Of a DNA stretch of 64,000 nucleotides, positions 13,171 to 27,934 are shown piece by piece (position 1 is the stretch's first letter; every line of letters starts with the position of its first letter). Source of the stretch: Raillietiella orientalis (Eukaryota); contig JAYWIR010000094.1 of the NCBI GenBank assembly GCA_036172245.1, positions 1 to 64,000 of the forward strand, read 5' to 3'. The translations under genes and the position numbers were made by a program. The notes beneath the pieces are model-generated. The model was given only the letters and a program-made list of their open reading frames with translations. It did not search any database and was not told the origin of the DNA.

Positions 13171-16100
13171 TTCGTGCCTCTTAACTCTATGAGGACCTGT
13201 GTATTCCTCAGCACTGGGACCCTCTCGATTACTTCCCGAAGGATGCTCAGGAGCTCACCCCAGCGCAACAGTCGCTTCAGTGGGCTACTTCGGGTCGCGG
13301 CATCAGCTCGCTGGCCCGTTGTGCAACCACTTTGCTCTCTCTCTGTATCTGAAATCCTACATCGGACCTCCCATTCCGCGGCCTGGCTACTGCCCAAGTG
13401 CTCCCTGTGGTTGTGCCGCCTGTGCTGGGAGGACCAGCTAGTGTTACGTGTCTTACGCAGCGGAGAAAAGCAGAATCAGAAGACTTTGGCGAGTCGGAAG
13501 GCGACTTTGGTGATGGAAAATCTGCGTGAGACGAACGAAGAACTCCTCCCAGCCTGGAAAAGAAGGAGGATGCCCAGTCATCGTTGATGGCCTTTTTCCT
13601 GTCGATGACATTTGGAAAGCGGGAACTTGCAGCTGGGGAACATCAACGGACAGCCGTACAGCGACGACTGCATTTTTCCACAAATTGTGGGAACAAAGAG
13701 GAAAAGCGGTCGGCAAAAGACCAAATTCTTCAAACACAGACAAAAACTAGAAGTGAATGGAGTTTTGCACGTAAAGGATGCAATGTGAAATTCAGTTGTT
13801 CAGTAACTTCACGCCAACGCTTGTTCGTACCTGGGAGCATTGCTCGAGTGACAACACTGTCGCTACGAACAAAATGGGGCTTTCAGCTGTCTGGTGCCCA
13901 TCGGTGAAGGAGAGAGCTGCAACTGCCACCACTATTGCCGAAATGAAAAAGTTACTACAATTATTTGGAATTTCAGGTTGGAATACTGGTGGGGATGGAC
14001 GAATACTGGCTACTACTCGTCTTCAAAGGAAAGCGGAGCTCTGGAGTGCGCTGTGCGCATCCGCACGCGGAATTTTTCTTGCCTTGTCGAGCTCGGTGAG
14101 CCTCTCGTGTGGGACGCATTTGGACTTGTGGTAGCCCTGGGGTTCGCGGTCTGCCTACTCGAGTGGGTGTTCGCGACGACGGCTTCTATGCTCGTCATGC
14201 TACTTGGCAACCTCGCTCTCTGCTTCTGTGCATGGTGTGAAATGAAGAATGATTCGGGAATGGCATGATGTCATTGAGGACGGGCGAGAAATCTGCCTTG
14301 CGGCTTCCGAATTCTGTATCATGTGGGTTGTGCTGCCAAGCGATCAGCGAAAGGCGGTAGTCTCTTGAATTTTTGGACTAGGAATGTAGGGACGAAATGA
14401 GGGGGGGAGGAATGAGGTGTTCGAGGCGTGAGAAGGCTGCGGAAGAACCTTTGGATGTCATCTTGACCGAATCTCACGCTCCTCAAAGAGATCTCCGCTT
14501 GCCGCCTGGAGGGGGCTGAGAGTTCGCGGTCGATCGTGGAGACGTCCCGTGCGCGAGCACGGCCTTTCTGCACTTTTCCCGCCGACGGTTCTCAGTGTGT
14601 GCCTGCGCAGCGGATTAAGCCTTCTTCACCGTCCAAATCTCAATCGGGGGTGCCGAGACGTTCATTCATACGAAAATGAATATTTTCTATCCCTGCATTT
14701 GGACCGGTTTTCCAGCCACGTTTATTCCAACCTCCGGGTCACGGGTTGCAGACTGGTGGGGTCCTTCATAACAGCATAAAGGAGGGGCCAAGACAAACAA
14801 ACAGCGAAATTAAAAGAAAGAATTTCAGGGTGGACGGGCTGCTCAAGTGAGGAGGTGCGCAGTGGCGGCTGGACCTGAGGCTGTGCGGCGTCAGGGATGC
14901 GGCATAAGGGAAGGAGAAGCCGGGTGTTACCCTAATGCTGTCGACTGCCAGATGGTCCGCCATGTTGAGTCGCGACGAAGACGCAGTACACCCTGACCCT
15001 ATCGCGTTAAGGAGGGTTGGTTTTCGTCGCACAACTGCGCCAGCGGCCTCCGGGCAGGCTGTGGTCGCGGTTGCGCCTTCCATACTGCATCGTCGTGGCA
15101 GCCGGTGGTGCATCCACCACCTCGAGGTCGTGCTCAGTCGCTCGACATCGGACGTCCGTGAGCTTTCATCTGACCTTCCCTAGTTGCAGATCTCAGGGCA
15201 CACAGGCGACCTGGAGGCGAAACGGAGAGAAGGTCGACGCCTGCTTGGAGGTTGCGAGCTTCTCCGAGGGTGGACGCTGATGCGACGCGATGATATCTCA
15301 TCTAGCGGTATAACTGGAAACGGAATGGAAATGGAGCTGCTGGACGCACCGGAAATGCACGGGACTGCGGGGGAGTCGCCGCCCGTCACCGTGCAGATCC
15401 GCGTCCCGACTGCCACGAGCACGACCGACCACTCCGCATTCATGTCGCGGCTCGCGCGCCGCGCCTGTGTGTGGAGCAGCCGTAGCTCCCGGTTTCCGCG
15501 AGTTCCACTCGACTCCGTGGCAGCTCGCTCTGCTCTCGAATCCACGCCCAGCAACAGCTTTGCGACGATTTTGGTTCGGCGCTTGTGCTGGCCGAGGTGT
15601 CTGTTGAGGGAGAACTGGGATCGCCGACGCCTCCTTATGCCAGCCCAAGTTCGGACGGGTCACTCGCGTCTCGAAAGGCACTTCCGCTCCCCATCGAGGA
15701 TGTTGCGTGGAATGAGTGCTGCGAATCGCCGGATAGTTCGTTTCCATGGGTATCGAATTACGGCGTCCCCCCTCATCCGCTCATGCTGGATATTTCGACT
15801 GCTGCCTTGTTGGTCAAATAACCACTTTTGCCGTGGTAACCGCCCTTTGTAGCTTCGAAGCAGGAATGACCTGAGTCAATGTATCGTTCATCGCTGCCGC
15901 TGGCCGGTAGCCCTGGTTGCAAGCCTGCGGGGAAACGCGCGCCCGTCTTCAAATGCCGACGGATCCGCTTGCTTTGACTTGCAGCGTCTTCCCGTCTGAG
16001 GCCTTTGCCCTTCTCACTTGGTGAATCGGGAACTCGAGGAGGTTTCCTGCATTTGGAGTCTGGAAAGGACTTTTCTTCATTGCTATGAAATGTGGTCACT

Positions 16101-16964
16101 CAAGATGATGACCATCACTTCTTGCATGGAGCGGATGGGTAAAACGTGAGTGTGCTCTCGTTGACCTGTGGTCAGGGAAGCAGCGAGCAACGGAAACCGC
16201 GCATAGTGGGGAATGATACATCCGTCGTTTGGATCTAGCGTTCGTCTGTTCGACGCGCGTACCAAGTACGTCTTCTCCCCGATCCCGGGACTTTGCGTTG
16301 CTGCGCTCTTGGCGTGCATACCTACTTCCCGCATGATTCCGCAGGTAGGGTGATGCGCATTCCGTCAACAGCTCGCTGGCAGCTCAAGCTTACGTCACGG
16401 ACGACGGTCGCCTGCGATGCTGAATCTTGCGCGTGCGATTTGCGTTCTTGCGCGGAGTGGCCGTTCCTCCTTCAAGGCGTGAACCATCAGCAACTTGGAG
16501 GCATTTTTGCAAGAGGGCATCTTCAAAACAATTACGAGAAGGAGAGACTCTTGAAGAAAAGTAGCTGGCACCGGCACAGGCAAGCACTGAATTGGGAGCG
16601 CCCATGGAGTGGGAAGTGAAAGTAGATCTGGAAGAGGGTACCCACACCTGTCTAGCCGCAAAGATTTCGAAAGAAAGGACATGAACCTTGGGGGACAGGT
16701 GATGATCATCACCCGGTTATGCCGTGGGATTTGTTACTTGGTTGTTAAGAATACATGCGAAATGAACCTGCTGAAGACCTGTACGCAGTCCGGCGAGGTC
16801 CGCTACAACAGCGTAGGGTGAAAGAAAACAAAGACAAAACGGGGGAGGAGGATTTCTACAAGGGAGGGGAAATCGAGGAAGGGATCACGGTACGCTGCAG
16901 GGCGTTTTCGGCATCCTGTCCAGTAGGCTGGCAATTTCCGTCAGGATAGTTTTTTGGTGAGGCC

Positions 16965-19465
16965 ATCACGAGGCGGTCCTCAGGAAGACTCGCGCTCAGG
17001 GGATGCTCTCAGGACGAACATTCCGAATGCTTCTTCCAAAGTTTCAGGTAGCAATGATCCTGAGAAGATACAACAGAGCTGAGAGGGACGCGGCTGGTGT
17101 CAGAGGGGCACGCGAGGAGTTTAAAAATGTCCCTGCAATCGCCCGCCGAAGTTTTCAGGATCGTCGCGAGGCGATGCCCAAGCAGCTGGAGGGTAGCACA
17201 GCCCAACAGCAAGTGCGGGAAGGTCTCCTTCTTCGCACACCTGCCACACTTAGCAACCACACTGTGTCCAGTGTGCCTGGCGCGCTTTTGCACGGGATTC
17301 CTCCAAGCAACACCAGCAGCGACGACTCTTGCCGCTTGAGGGAAGGGCGCCGCTCTTCCAGCAAGGTACGGTGCCCTTCACCTCCTCCGAACGGACGCCA
17401 AGGAGCGCTCGTCATGCTACAAGTGCATGGAGCTCAATCCATTAGGGGTCACAACGTCCACCACTTCGCGAGTTGTCCACCGGCCCGGAAGTTTCTTGTT
17501 TGCTCCCATCCAGCACGTCAGTTCTCACGTCTCTTTGATGACGCAGTCTTTGGCGTCTCTCAGGAGAAACAGCGGTGGACAAAGGGAGAGAAACGAGAAC
17601 CACTGCATCTTCTGCAGGTTGAGGACGATCTTCTTCAACGACTCACGATTGTTCGCGCATCGCTCGCTTCGTTAAATTCACCCCAGGAAAAAAGCGACTC
17701 CTGGAGACAAGCAGTGTGCTTTGCAGGGAGGCAGATCTGGGTGATCTCCTCTACCAGGGAAACCATCTGGCGGAGTTGGCGGGTACCTGGAACGTCTCAG
17801 CGGTCTCTCGCGAGCGACTAGGAGGGATGTGCGTTCTTCGCAGCCGGTTGACATCTTCTCGAGCAGCCGTGTTGCATAGCACCAAGGCGTTGTCCACAGT
17901 TTCGCAAAGAGGGCGAGTCTTCTGAGTTTCCGCTGACACTGCATACCCTCCAGTGTAAGGACGGCTAGTTCGCCTGCCTTACGTGAAGGAGCGCTGATGA
18001 GTACGTCCGCAAACGGCGCTTTCTGTGGAGAGAACCAAGGAATTTCCACGGAGGCGCCGGCAGCGTGTGGTATTTGCCTTCAAGATTCCCCTCACGACCA
18101 TCTTTGGAGTTTTCACAGGTAGGCTTAGGGCTCCTTCCACGTCCATCCGTTCCGTCCATTGACCTCGAACGCTGCTATCCAGAACACATGGAACATCAGG
18201 CATCCCGGAACAGGGGAAGCTCATTTGAGATCTTCTTGCCGTCCTCGCCAGTCACGGAAACCGGCGCACTCGAGGGGCACCCGAAACACCGCGGTGTTCC
18301 TGAGACAATGACTTGGGAGAGCAGGAGCTATACAGGAAGTTTCTCATTGTAGAAACGCCTTCTTGGACTATGAGGTTGTCTTTCTACGAGCCGGAAATGC
18401 ATAAGGACACGGATGCAGAGAGCGCGACTCCCATCGGAGTGTAGCTGGGAGCTCAACGTCGCAGCTCGAGATCTCCGTGGAACCCTCACCTTCTACCAGT
18501 AAGCTTAGTTTGCCTCTTACGCACTGGGATGCGCTGTGAAGTGACCACATGATCGTAGGGACCGACTGCTCTTCCTGAATGTAGGAAGCAACATGCAGGG
18601 GCTGCTCAGGCAAGAGTTTTGTCATGTTAGGGATTGCGAATGCTTCCCGGTGACCTGTTACGGGTCGCAGTAACAGGATCAAACACGCATTCCACGATCC
18701 TCAGCAGCGGATTCCCAACCGTGAGGGTGTGTAGGAGTTTGCTTGACAACTCGGTCCATCCTGCCATACTGCATTCGGTTCCATGAACTCAAGAATCGCA
18801 GGTAGTTAGAGCACCCGCTTTCTCAAACCAAAAGTCAGTATCAACAGGATGCATGGCCTAGAGGACGCTTCCCTAGGAGATGACAGAAGCGGAAATTCCT
18901 CTAGTCTCACCTTTGTCTACCCATCCTTGCTGCAGTCCTTTGAGAACAACACCAGTCGGAAAGCTCATGGAGTTCGAATTCGGAGAGCAATACGGGAAGC
19001 ATTTGGAGTGAGATACAGGACTGATGTGAGGGATCGATCAGCAATGGAACGGAAAAAGAACGGAGAGGATGAACAAGGAGTTCGCTCCGACTCTACATTG
19101 GGTGCGAATGGCCTTAGCGTTCCCGTCAGAATGTCACGGGTAAAGCGTCGCAAATCGCTTGCAGATGCGCGGATGGGCATCTGCAAGCGTTCCTGAGACA
19201 CGAAAGTTCTAGATGGAATTCCGCTACGTGCAACAGCCGCTAGGCAACGAGAGACTAGGCTACAAAGCTGTGGGATTCACGAAAGACGGAAGGAATGAGA
19301 ATTCAATCACCCGCTGCGTTACTACTCCAAGCAGCTGGAAGCGGAGATCTCTATTCACTTCCGACTGATGACTTTGCGTGAAGATCATAGAGAAGCAGTG
19401 GTAGATGAGAAGGCGGGAGCACCTTAGCCTGTCGGGAAAGAATCGATGGAACATGTCCAAGGATA
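16965..19465 (-). mobile_element. Family C LINE remnant, unit 2 copy
   Basis: ORF 17009..17293 contains KCGRCAKKETFPHLLLGC. Confidence 0.7.
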
Positions 19466-20303
19466 TCAGGCGAGCCCAAGGAAAATGAAGCGCTGTCTGT
19501 TAGTGCATAACAATTCATTTCGGGTGTGCAACCTTTTGAAATGTTATACGGTTTGATTATGTCAACATTCCAACTGAATCCTGTGCACAAAGCGCTTTGG
19601 AATATCTGTAAATTATTCCGCAAACCATGAATTTTATTTACGATATAAGCATTCATCCAAAGGTTGCGATAAATTACCTACTTGCAATTCCTCGTATGAG
19701 ATTCCTCGTAAGAGAACTTGGAAGTTCTAGCGTTTGACAATTCGGAAATACTCGCAGCTTACTAAGAGCAAATTAACAGTTTAAAACATAAATTGAAGGG
19801 CTGAATAAGTGCTGATTTTTGGCATCTCTCAATAAAAAGAGAAAACCTGACTGCGAATGACATGGCCTTCAAGCAGATTATCATGTATGCTCAGCTTTCG
19901 AATTGAGAGAAGCAGTTCCGAGAACACGATGGGATCTTTACGAAAGAGTCACAATGATCTTTTTATTACAAATGTAGAATTTCTCTTTTCTGCAATCGAA
20001 AATCGAGAGCAATCGTGAAGTGTCGATATATATTTACGTGACGTGCTGCGATATTAGAACATAACTATGTAAGAAAGAGTGTTTTCAGAAACTCGGATGA
20101 TGTTCTTTGGTTTGCTTTGTCATATTGCTCCTGGTTTTCTCGAAGAGCATTGCTCGCATTTGGTAACCCTTATTCGTTTCTGTGCTGAAGGCTGCGCCGC
20201 CGAGTTGCATGCGGAAAGTCTGTCAAACAGTGGGAATGTGCGCAGCGAGCCGCACCAACCGGTGCTCGGCCACCCTTTCCCTGTTTTCAGAGCGTCTTGT
20301 GTG

Positions 20304-21465
20304 ATGGCCAAAGGATGCAAAAAGAATCAGAACAGATACATGCAAAGGCGTATTCATCATTGATTCCAGGTATACGAAAGTGTTCTTGAAACGTCAGTTA
20401 CCATGAGTTTGTTCAATTGTTTTTGAAAATTATTTCATGGTGCTTTATGTTTGAGGTTCGTATTCCTGTAGTCAAGAAATTTGTATTCGTTAAGAAAGTG
20501 CTTCAGTTTTGGTTTATTTTATCATGTGAATTAGTCTCTAACTATTTATGCATGCCAGTGGGGCCTCAAACTAAAGTTGAATCACATGAAGCAAATATTG
20601 TGCGAATCAGGTCATGTCATCTGGGTTGTAATTTGAGTGAATTCAGCATTTCCTACTTAAGTGTGACCCCACATGTGGATGCATTTGTTGTAAAGTTCAA
20701 AGTTGCACTGAACTTTTCCCTCTTTCCTAATAGAATCACTCACAATTTGAATTTGCCACCAAAAAAGTTGGAAGCATTAATAAAAGCATTTGTTGTTTTT
20801 TATCAAGTGTAAGATTATTTACCATTGCAAGTTTGCCTGGAGGATTTTTATTTGCTGCTCGTGTACCTCATCAGTTTAATAATTAATTGTAATAAAAGCA
20901 GGCCGACGTTTTCTTAACTTCGGATTTCTGTATTGCAAGTTTTTTCCAGGAGTAAACTTTGCAATCTGTTATTGTATTAGCATCCCCTAAAGGTGGGAGT
21001 TGTGTTGCAACATTTTCCCTACTTGCCGCGTTTTTCAAATTGCAGACCTTGAAAATACTTTGATCCATAAGTGCAACAGCCATTTTAGAGTCATCAGTTG
21101 CCTTTTCAGGCACTTGATCAGCTGCCTGTTTTTATTATGAGTATGTGTATTCCAATTGTAACAGTGTAGCCAAGACACTGTTTTATGTTTCTGCCCATGA
21201 AAGTGTATTCAACAGTGTTCATTCTGTTTGAGGTCAGCACGACTTGTTTCGCACCTTGATCGAAGACGTTCTGGCCTAGCTTTCATATACTGTGATAGCT
21301 TGATATCTGGTAGTCAGAAATCGCAAACCCAAATGTAAGTACTTTGGTGCTAAAATGGCAACTGTTAATTGTTTTGTAGCCTGGCATCCATAAAAAGTAA
21401 AACCTGCAAGAAGTGCCATTCATTTCTGCATCCTGGATTTTCCGCACAGTATAGATTGCGTTCAA
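20304..21465 (+). pseudogene. Rpp21 pseudogene copy
   Basis: Same premature TGA (20361-20363) and the same 3' truncation. The GTAAGT donor and TTTTGTAG acceptor of the small intron are retained. Confidence 0.85.
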
Positions 21466-21875
21466 TCCATTGGGTTTGATTCATTGCAGAGTTCAAAGTT
21501 CATTGCTGTGTTCCAGCGCAAAGATAGAGGGCAAGTAAGAGCAGGTGAGTGAGAAGGTACAACCTGCAGCTTAATAAGTAAAAGTGTGCACTCCGGCGTA
21601 GAAAGATGATAAAAGGAGAAAGTAGAGAACGTTAAGACGACATTATCTTTGAAGCAAAAAGGATCATCAAGAGCACATTTGAATGTGGAAACGCGAAGTG
21701 GCTTCCGAATAGGCAATGTCCACATCTGGACTCAGTCTTCCCCGCTTACAAGAGGAAGACTCGAAGATGCGAGGGAATGCAGGAAGGCGGCAGTCCGTGT
21801 CCAGGCGATTCTGAAAGAATTCTGTACTTAAAGCAGTACGCGATAGGGAGTACGCAGGAAGGAAAACGGAACCAA

Positions 21876-24140
21876 GGATATGTGAGGATTCGTCAAGTAG
21901 GGCAACTTCTTTTCTAACTGTTTCCTTTATTTCCTGGTAGCAAACCAATGCAGTCAAAGTGGAGTATCCTCTGGATGCTGTCTGTGGGAAGAGGAAGGCG
22001 TGCATTGCTGGCGGTAACGGCAACTGAAGGGCGCGTGCACCGGTGGGCCGCAGAGAACACCACGAGGGATTGTGGCGCACCTGGATGCCCCGTATCCTTT
22101 GTCCAACCGTCCGCCCACGGCAGAAAAAGGGTTGGAGCACCGCTGCGACCGAGTTGCCGTTCTGCCACCATCTCAGCGCATGCCATCTTTTTGCGGTGGA
22201 ACGCCCGTCCTTTGCAGCTTCCCAGCAGCACCGAGCACGGTCAACTCTACAAGAATCGCTCAACAAAAGCACTCACCAGAAGTGTGCTGCACTCACCCGT
22301 TTTGAGCCTTCCTGTGCGGATGCTGCATGATGTGGACCACGCTTCTCCGTCGCGTCCGTGGTGCACTGTCGGGTGGACATCGCTCGAGGAATGCGACCAG
22401 CAAACTGGAGTGCCTTGCGGCAGCCAGTGAGATTGACATACACGTTGCTTTGGTCGAGTGGCGCGTTGTGGTGAAGTGATGCACAGCATCACTGCTGAAT
22501 AAAGAGGCTGGGCAGCAGCTTTTCCAACAAAGTTTTCCGTGAATGGTTGGGTATTCGCCTACGCCCTTTGTGGGCGGCACGTCAACTTTGCCGACAGCAG
22601 CTTGCAGGTAACGGAAGAGTGGAAGCCAAAGAAGCAGCAGGGCGAATAGAAGGATAACAAAGGAGGCCTATCCTGTCGGCTGGTGGTGATGTCTTTGTAG
22701 GGAGCCGTTGCCACCGACTTTAGTTGCTGCGGAGATGGGAGCGCGCCATGCCGGCGCCGCCCACGTCGGCCGGCGCGCCCCTCTTTCTCCGGTCTGCCTG
22801 CTCTGCTGGTGTTACGGTGGAGGTGTTCTGCGATCAGCTGCTGAGTTGCTCGGCTGGATGCGGAGGAGGAGCCCCGGCCTCGCTACCTGGTCGATGCGAG
22901 CTGAGGCGTTCTCTCAGGCAGCGAACGTCAGCGGGGAGGACTGGGTGAAGGCAATGGGAAATAGGGCTAACAGGGGGACTTGAGGGGATGAGGGGTGAAG
23001 GAGGAGCACGCACGAATGCGGAAACTCCGCGGTCCGTGAAACGGAGGCTAAAAAGCTCCTTGTTGGGCGACGGACGGAGGGCGGGAAGGCGAGCAGCTAC
23101 TCGCGCGCCTCCTCGTCTAGCGAAGGAGCCGTCAGGGCAGCGTATAGGAATCTGGCGTAATCGCGAATCCTGAAAGCCGACAAAATAACCATGAGCACAG
23201 CAAAGGAGCGCTGCCAGAAGTTCATGATTCTTCTTTCTGATGGAATGGGTTTCCGTGGTTACGCTGAACGAGGGGAAGGCGGCCAGGCGCATGCGCCTCT
23301 GGCGAGGATCAACGTGCATTTCTGGCGCTCACCGAAGTAGCGTTGTGTCCTGGAATTCTGTGGAGACGCTGAAAGAGCGTGGCCGCCAACATCAACGATG
23401 TCCTGCTTTCTCTCCATGCTCCTATTGACTGCGCGTATTCACCTGGATGTCCTCTTTTTTCGCCTTTTTGCATCTCCGTGGTTTTCAATGCTTTCGGAAG
23501 TAATATTATCTTCCGAGAGACGGTGAACGGAGAATTGTCAAGCGCCAAAGCCGTGTTTGCGTGGAAGAAGAGGATTCACGAGTTGGGGAAGGAAGGGAGT
23601 TGATTTCTCTTTCTGTGTTGGTGCACGGGATCGGAAACAGCTGAGATTACCTTCTCTTTGTAATGGAATGGGCAGCTCCTCTTTGTTCCATGTACACCCA
23701 GGAGAAAACGGCGGCATTTCTGACGCTCTGTCTTCTAATTTTGGGGTTCTTTCGACATGGAATTATAAGTAGGCGCTACAAGGGCGTAGGCAATCGAGAA
23801 ACCTCCTTCGTGAACGCTCTTCTGACGCCTCCCACATAGTGCAAGAGCTCACTATATCTCAGGCGTTGTCTTCAGAATGGCGCATTCTTCAATGATTTTT
23901 TGTCTCCCGCTGTCGTTGTGCAGATTCTTTTCGTGCAACAACGCATCGCATTGCACGCAGGAAGGCGCCGGCATTTGTGGCGCGTGCCGATTGTACGAAG
24001 CAGAGGTGTTTTCATTTGGTTTCTTTTGCGGCTGCGTGGAATGAGGTCTATCGCCCGGTTTTCTTCTCTTCTTTGAGATGCGTAATTGTAAAAGTCAGTT
24101 CCTCGACCCAGGCTTCGGCCTGCAGTGATGATCTCGTCTC
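21876..24140 (-). mobile_element. Family A LINE remnant (undeleted version)
   Basis: Colinear inverted homologue of 37850-40130; ORF 23309..23548(-) is nearly identical to 38460..38699(+). Confidence 0.6.
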
Positions 24141-27100
24141 CTCGTGTCTCTTAACTCTATGAAGCCCTGTGTATTCCTGAGCACTGAGGCCCTCTCGATT
24201 ACTTCCCGAAGGATGCTCAGAAGCTCACCTCAGCGCAACAGTCCCTTCAGTGGGACACTTCGGATCGCGGCATCAGCTCGCTGACCCGTTGTCCAGCCAC
24301 TCTGCTCTCTCTCTGTACCTGAAATCCTACATCGGACCTCCCATTCCGCCGCCAGGCTACTGCCCAAGTGCTCCCTGTGGTAGTCCCGCCTGTGCTGGGA
24401 GGACCAGCTAGTGTTTTACGTGTCTTACGGAGCAGAGAAAAGAAGAATCAGAAGACTTTGCCGAGTCGGAAGGCGACTTTGGTGATGAAAAATCTGCGGG
24501 AAACCAACGAAGGACTTTTGCCAGCCTGGTAAAGAAGGAGGATGCCCAGTCATTGTCGATGGCCTTTTTCCTGCCGATGACATTAGGAAAGCGGGAACTT
24601 GCAGCTGGGGAACACCGACGGCCAGCCGTACAGCAATGACTGTATTTTTCCACAAATTGTGGGAACAAAGAGGAAAAGCGGTCGGCAAAAGACAAAATTC
24701 TTCAAGCACAGACAAAAACTAGAAGTGAATGGAGTTTTGCACGTAAAGGATGCAATGTGAAATTCAGTTGGTGTGTAACTTCACGCCAACGCTTGTTCGG
24801 ACCTGGGTGGATTGCTCGAGTTACAACACTGTCGCTATGAACAAAATGGGGCTTTCTGCTGTCTGGTTTTCATCAATGAAGGAGAGAGCTGCAGCTGCCA
24901 CCACTATTGCCGAAATGAAAAAGTTACTTCAATTATTTGGAATTTTAGGTTGGAATACTGGTAGGGATGGACGAATACTGGCTTCTACTCGTTTTCAAAG
25001 GAAAGCGGAGCTCTCGAGTGCGCTGTGCGCATGCGCACGCGGAATTTTTCTTGCCTTGTCGAAATCGGTGAACCTCTCGTGTGGGACGCATTTGGACTTG
25101 TGGTATCCCTGTGGTTCGCGGTCTGCCTACTCGAGTGGGTGTTCGCGACGACGGCTTCTCTGCCCGTCATGCTACTTGGCAACCTCGCTCTCTGCTTCTG
25201 TGCATGGTGTAAACTGAAGAATGATTCGGGGATGGCATGATGTCATTGAGGACGGGCGAGAAAACTGTCTCGCGGCTTCCGAATCCTGTATCATCTGGGT
25301 TGTGCTGCCAACCGATCAGCGAAAGGCGGTAGTCTCTTGAATTTTTAGACTCGGAATGTAGGGATGTAATGAGGGGGGAGGAATGAAGTGTTCGAGGCGT
25401 TGGAAGGCTACGAAGGATGTCATGTTGACCGAATCTCACGCTCCTTTAAGAGATCTCCGATTGCCGCCTGGAGGGGGCTGAGATTTGGCGGTGGAGTGTG
25501 GAGACGTCCCGTGCGCGAGTACGGCCTTTCTGCACTTTTCCCGCCGACGGTTCTCAGTGTGTGCCTGCGCAGCGGTTTAAGCCTTCTTCACCGTCCGAAT
25601 CTCAATCGAAGGTGCCGAGACGTTCATTCATACGAAAATGAATATTTGCTATCCCTGCATTTGGACCGGTTGTCCAACCACGTTTATTTCAACCTCCGGG
25701 TTACGAGTTGCAGAATGGTGGGGTCCTTCACAACAGCATAAAGGAGGGGCAAAGACAAAGAAACAGCGAAAGAAAAAAAAGAATTTCAGGGTGGACGGGG
25801 TGTTCAAGTGAGGAGGTGCGCAGTGGCGGCTGGACCAGAGTGTGTGCGGCGTCAGGGATGCGGTATAAGGAAAGGAGAAGCCGGCTCTATCCCTGATGCT
25901 GTCGACTGCCAGGTGGTCCGCCATGTTGAGTCGGGACGAAGACGCAGTACACCCTGACGCTATCGCGTTAAGGAGGGTTGGTTTTTGTCGCACAACTGCG
26001 CCAGCGGCCTCCGGGCAGGCTGTGGTCGCGGTTGCGCCTTCCATACTGCGTCGTCGTGGCAGCCGGTGGTGCATCCACCACCTCGAGATCGTGGTCAGTC
26101 GCTCGACATCGGACGTCCGTGAGCTTCCATCTGACCTTCCCTAGTTGCAGATCGCAGGGCACAAAGGCGACCTGGAGGCGAAACGGAGAGAAGGTCGACG
26201 GCTGCTTGGAGGTTGCGAGCTTCTCCGAGGGTGGACGCTGATGCGACGGGATGATTTCTCATCTAGCGGTATAATCGGAAACGGAATGGAAATGGAGCTG
26301 CTAAACGCACCGAAAATGCACGGGACTGCGGGGGAGTCGCCGCCTGTCACCGTGCAGATCCGCGTCCCGACTGCCACGAGCACGACCGACCACTCCGCAT
26401 TAATGTCGCGGGTCGCGCGACGCGCCTGTGTGTGGAGCAACCGTAGCGCCCGGTTTCCGCGAGTTCCACTCGACTCCGTAGCAGCTCGCTCTGCTCTCTA
26501 ATCCACGCCCAGCAACAGCTTTGCGACGATTTTTGTTCGGCGCTTGTGCTGGCCGAGGTGTCTGTTGAGGGAGAACTGGGATCGCCGACGCCTCATTCTG
26601 CCAGCTTAGTTCGGAAGGGTCACTGGCGTCTCGGAAGGCACGTCCGTTTCCCATCGAGGATGTTGCCTGGAATGAGTGCTGCGAATCGCCGGATGGTCCG
26701 TTTCCATGGCTATCGAATTACGGCGTCCCCCCTCATCCGCTCATGCTGGATATTTCGACAGCTGCCTTGTTGGTCAAATAACCACTTTTCCCGTGGTAAC
26801 CGCCCTTTGCAGCTTCGAAGCAGCAATGACCTGAGTCAATGTATCGTTCATTGCTCCCGCTGGCCGGTAGCCCTGGTTGCAGGCCTGCGGGGAACGCGCG
26901 CTGGTCTTGAAATCCCGACGGATCCGCTTGCTTTGACTTGCAGCGGCTTCCCGTCTGCGGTTTTTAACCTTCTCACTTGGTGATTCGGGGACTCCAGGAG
27001 CTTTTCTGGCTCTGGAGGCTGGAAAGGACTTTTCTTCATTCCTATGGAATGTGGTCACTCAAGATGATGACCATCACTTCTTGCATGGAACGGATGGGTA

Positions 27101-27934
27101 AAACGTGAGTGTGCTCTCGTTGACCTGTGGTCAGGGAAGCAGCGAGCAACAGGAACCGCCCATAGTGGGGAATGATACATCCGTCGTTTGGATCTTGCGT
27201 GCGTGTACCAAATACGTCTTCTCCATCACGGGACTTTGCGCTGCTGCGCTCTTGGCGTGCATACCTACTTCCCGCATGATTCCGCAGGTAGGGTGATGCG
27301 CATTCCGTTAACAGCTCGCTGGCAGCTCAAGCTTATGTCACGGACGACGGTCGCCATCGATGGTGAATCTTGCGCGTGCGATTTGCGGAATTGCGCTGGG
27401 TGGCCGATGGTAATTCAAGGCGTGAACCATCAGCAACTTGGAGGCATTTTTGCAAGAGGGCATCTCTAAAACAATTGCGAGAAGAGGAAACGCTTGAAGA
27501 AAAGTAGCTGGCACCGGCACAGGCAAGCACTGAATTGGGAGCGCCCATGGAGTGGAAGGAGAAAGTAGATATGGAAGGAGGCACCCACACCGGTCTTGCC
27601 GCAAAGATTTCGAAAGAAAGGACATGAACCTTGCAAGACGGGTGATGATTATCACCCGGTTATGCCGTGGGATTTGTTTCTTGGTTAATAAGAATACGTG
27701 CTGTGTTAGAAGCATCGGGTCTACCACGCGCAATGAACCTGCTGAGGACCGGTACGCAGTCCGGCGAGGTCCGCTACTACAGCGTCGGGTGAAAGAAAAC
27801 AAAGGCCAAACGAAGGAGGACGATTAATACAAGGGAGGGGAAATCGAGGAAGGGATCACGGTACGCTGCATGGCGTCCTCGGCATCCGGTTCACTAGGCT
27901 GGGAAGCACCGTCAGGATAGTTTCCTGGTGAGGC

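Larger units (their letters stand above)
10661..20865 (+). repeat. Tandem segmental duplication, unit 2 (10205 bp)
   Basis: The offset to unit 1 steps 10660>10604>10157>10233>10205, i.e. net changes of -56, -447, +76 and -28 bp. Identical blocks alternate with diverged blocks. Confidence 0.97.

Noticed and set aside
17003..17821. 272 aa plus-strand ORF (and homologues 6969..7514, 28025..28498) as a real gene
   Set aside because: It is antisense to the LINE zinc-finger region, its length differs in every copy, and it has no motif.
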